Origin: Eledone cirrhosa
Taxonomy: Eukaryota
Reading direction: 5' to 3'
Assembly: GCA_964016885.1 (NCBI GenBank)
Contig: OZ024759.1
Location: 22,506,001-22,570,000 of the forward strand
Length of the DNA: 64,000 bases
The notes under the pieces are model-generated. The model saw only the letters and a list, made by a program, of their open reading frames with translations. It ran no database searches and was not told where the DNA came from. Positions 62,020-64,000 of the stretch are shown here, piece after piece. The translations under genes and the position numbers were made by a program. How positions within the stretch are numbered: the first letter of the stretch is position 1; the number at the start of each line of letters is the position of its first letter.

Positions 62020-64000
62020 TGGCGGCGGCGATGGTGCTGGAGGTGACGGTGGTGGTGATGGCGGTGGAGGTGATGGTGGTGATGTGGAGGTGATGGTGAT
62101 GTGGTGGTGATGTGGCGGTGGAGGTGGTAGTGGTGATGGCGGTGGAGGTGATGGTGGTGATGTGGAGGTGATGGCGGTGGAGGTGGTAGTGGTGATGGCG
62201 GTGGAGGTGATGGTGGTGATGTGGTGGTGATGTGGCGGTGGAGGTGGTAGTGGTGATGGCGGTGGAGGTGATGGTGGTGATGTGGAGGTGATGGTGGTGA
62301 TGTGGAGGTGATGGCGGTGGAGGTGGTAGTGGTGATGGCGGTGGAGGTGATGGTGATGTGGCGGTGGAGGTGATGGCGGTGGAGGTGGTAGTGGTGATGG
62401 CGGTGGAGGTGATGGTGGTGATGTGGAGGTGATGGTGGTGATGTGGAGGTGATGGCGGTGGAGGTGGTAGTGGTGATGGCGGTGGAGGTGATGGTGGTGA
62501 TGTGGTGGTGATGTGGCGGTGGAGGTGGTAGTGGTGATGGCGGTGGAGGTGATGGTGGTGATGTGGAGGTGATGGTGGTGATGTGGAGGTGATGGCGGTG
62601 GAGGTGGTAGTGGTGATGGCGGTGGAGGTGATGGTGATGTGGTGGTGATGTGGCGGTGGAGGTGGTAGTGGTGATGGCGGTGGAGGTGATGGTGGTGATG
62701 TGGAGGTGATGGTGGTGATGTGGAGGTGATGGCGGTGGAGGTGGTAGTGGTGATGGCGGTGGAGGTGATGGTGATGTGGTGGTGATGTGGCGGTGGAGGT
62801 GGTAGTGGTGATGGCGGCGGAGGTGATGGTGGTGATGTGGAGGTGATGGCGGTGGAGGTGGTAGTGGTGATGGCGGTGGAGGTGATGGTGGTGATGGCGG
62901 TGGAGGTGATGGTGGTGATGTGGAGGTGATGGCGGTGGAGGTGGTAGTGGTGATGGCGGCGGAGGTGATGGTGGTGATGTGGAGGTGATGGCGGTGGAGG
63001 TGGTAGTGGTGATGGCGGTGGAGGTGGTAGTGGTGATGGCGGTGGAGGTGATGGTGATGTGGTGGTGATGTGGCGGTGGAGGTGGTAGTGGTGATGGCGG
63101 CGGAGGTGATGGTGGTGATGTGGAGGTGATGGCGGTGGAGGTGGTAGTGGTGATGGCGGTGGAGGTGGTAGTGGTGATGGCGGTGGAGGTGATGGTGATG
63201 TGGTGGTGATGTGGCGGTGGAGGTGGTAGTGGTGATGGCGGCGGAGGTGATGGTGGTGATGTGGAGGTGATGGCGGTGGAGGTGGTAGTGGTGATGGCGG
63301 CGGAGGTGATGGTGGTGATGTGGAGGTGATGGCGGTGGAGGTGGTAGTGGTGATGGCGGTGGAGGTGGTAGTGGTGATGGCGGTGGAGGTGATGGTGATG
63401 TGGTGGTGATGTGGCGGTGGAGGTGGTAGTGGTGATGGCGGCGGAGGTGATGGTGGTGATGTGGAGGTGATGGCGGTGGAGGTGGTAGTGGTGATGGCGG
63501 TGGAGGTGATGGTGGTGATGGCGGTGGAGGTGATGGTGGTGATGTGGAGGTGATGGCGGTGGAGGTGGTAGTGGTGATGGCGGCGGAGGTGATGGTGGTG
63601 ATGTGGAGGTGATGGCGGTGGAGGTGGTAGTGGTGATGGCGGTGGAGGTGGTAGTGGTGATGGCGGTGGAGGTGATGGTGATGTGGTGGTGATGTGGCGG
63701 TGGAGGTGGTAGTGGTGATGGCGGCGGAGGTGATGGTGGTGATGTGGAGGTGATGGCGGTGGAGGTGGTAGTGGTGATGGCGGTGGAGGTGGTAGTGGTG
63801 ATGGCGGTGGAGGTGATGGTGATGTGGTGGTGATGTGGCGGTGGAGGTGGTAGTGGTGATGGCGGTGGAGGTGATGGTGGTGATGTGGAGGTGATGGCGG
63901 TGGAGGTGGTAGTGGTGATGGCGGTGGAGGTGATGGTGGTGATGGCGGTGGAGGTGGTAGTGGTGATGGCGGTGGAGGTGATGGTGATGTGGTGGTGATG
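62020..64000. repeat. G-rich GGT/GAT/GGC/GGA compound minisatellite
   Basis: Recurring units GATGGCGGTGGAGGTGGTAGTGGT and GATGGTGGTGATGTGGAGGT. Runs off the right edge. Confidence 0.95.

Noticed and set aside
62020-64000. Gly-rich or extensin-like coding region
   Set aside because: The units include non-3n lengths and frequent TGA/TAG, and no bounded ORF is listed. It is best read as a minisatellite.

Overview
Eukaryotic, very AT-rich, repeat-saturated DNA. The tRNA-derived SINE motifs resemble those I recall from octopod cephalopods; this is an inference. Nearly all ORFs in the track are translations of (TA)n/(CA)n microsatellites or satellites and are artefacts. The window contains: an 11-kb 81-bp satellite with higher-order structure; a ~1.5-kb tandem duplication carrying the only credible host coding segment (249-codon putative exon, unknown protein); many SINEs; 3' fragments of RTE, L1/Tx1-like and R4/Dong-like LINEs; a decayed mariner; a ~610-bp dispersed element; and terminal minisatellites. 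The most striking unexplained structure is a set of more than a dozen short elements embedded in (TA)n tracts. They belong to several sequence-unrelated families but share one architecture: inverted arm, forward arm, then a 60-100 nt tail. About 11 loci carry minimal type I hammerhead ribozymes with palindromic stem III, and the tails begin with a covarying RCTC...GAGYRC stem. This fits Penelope-like retroelement termini targeting microsatellites. All alignments and folds were done by eye.
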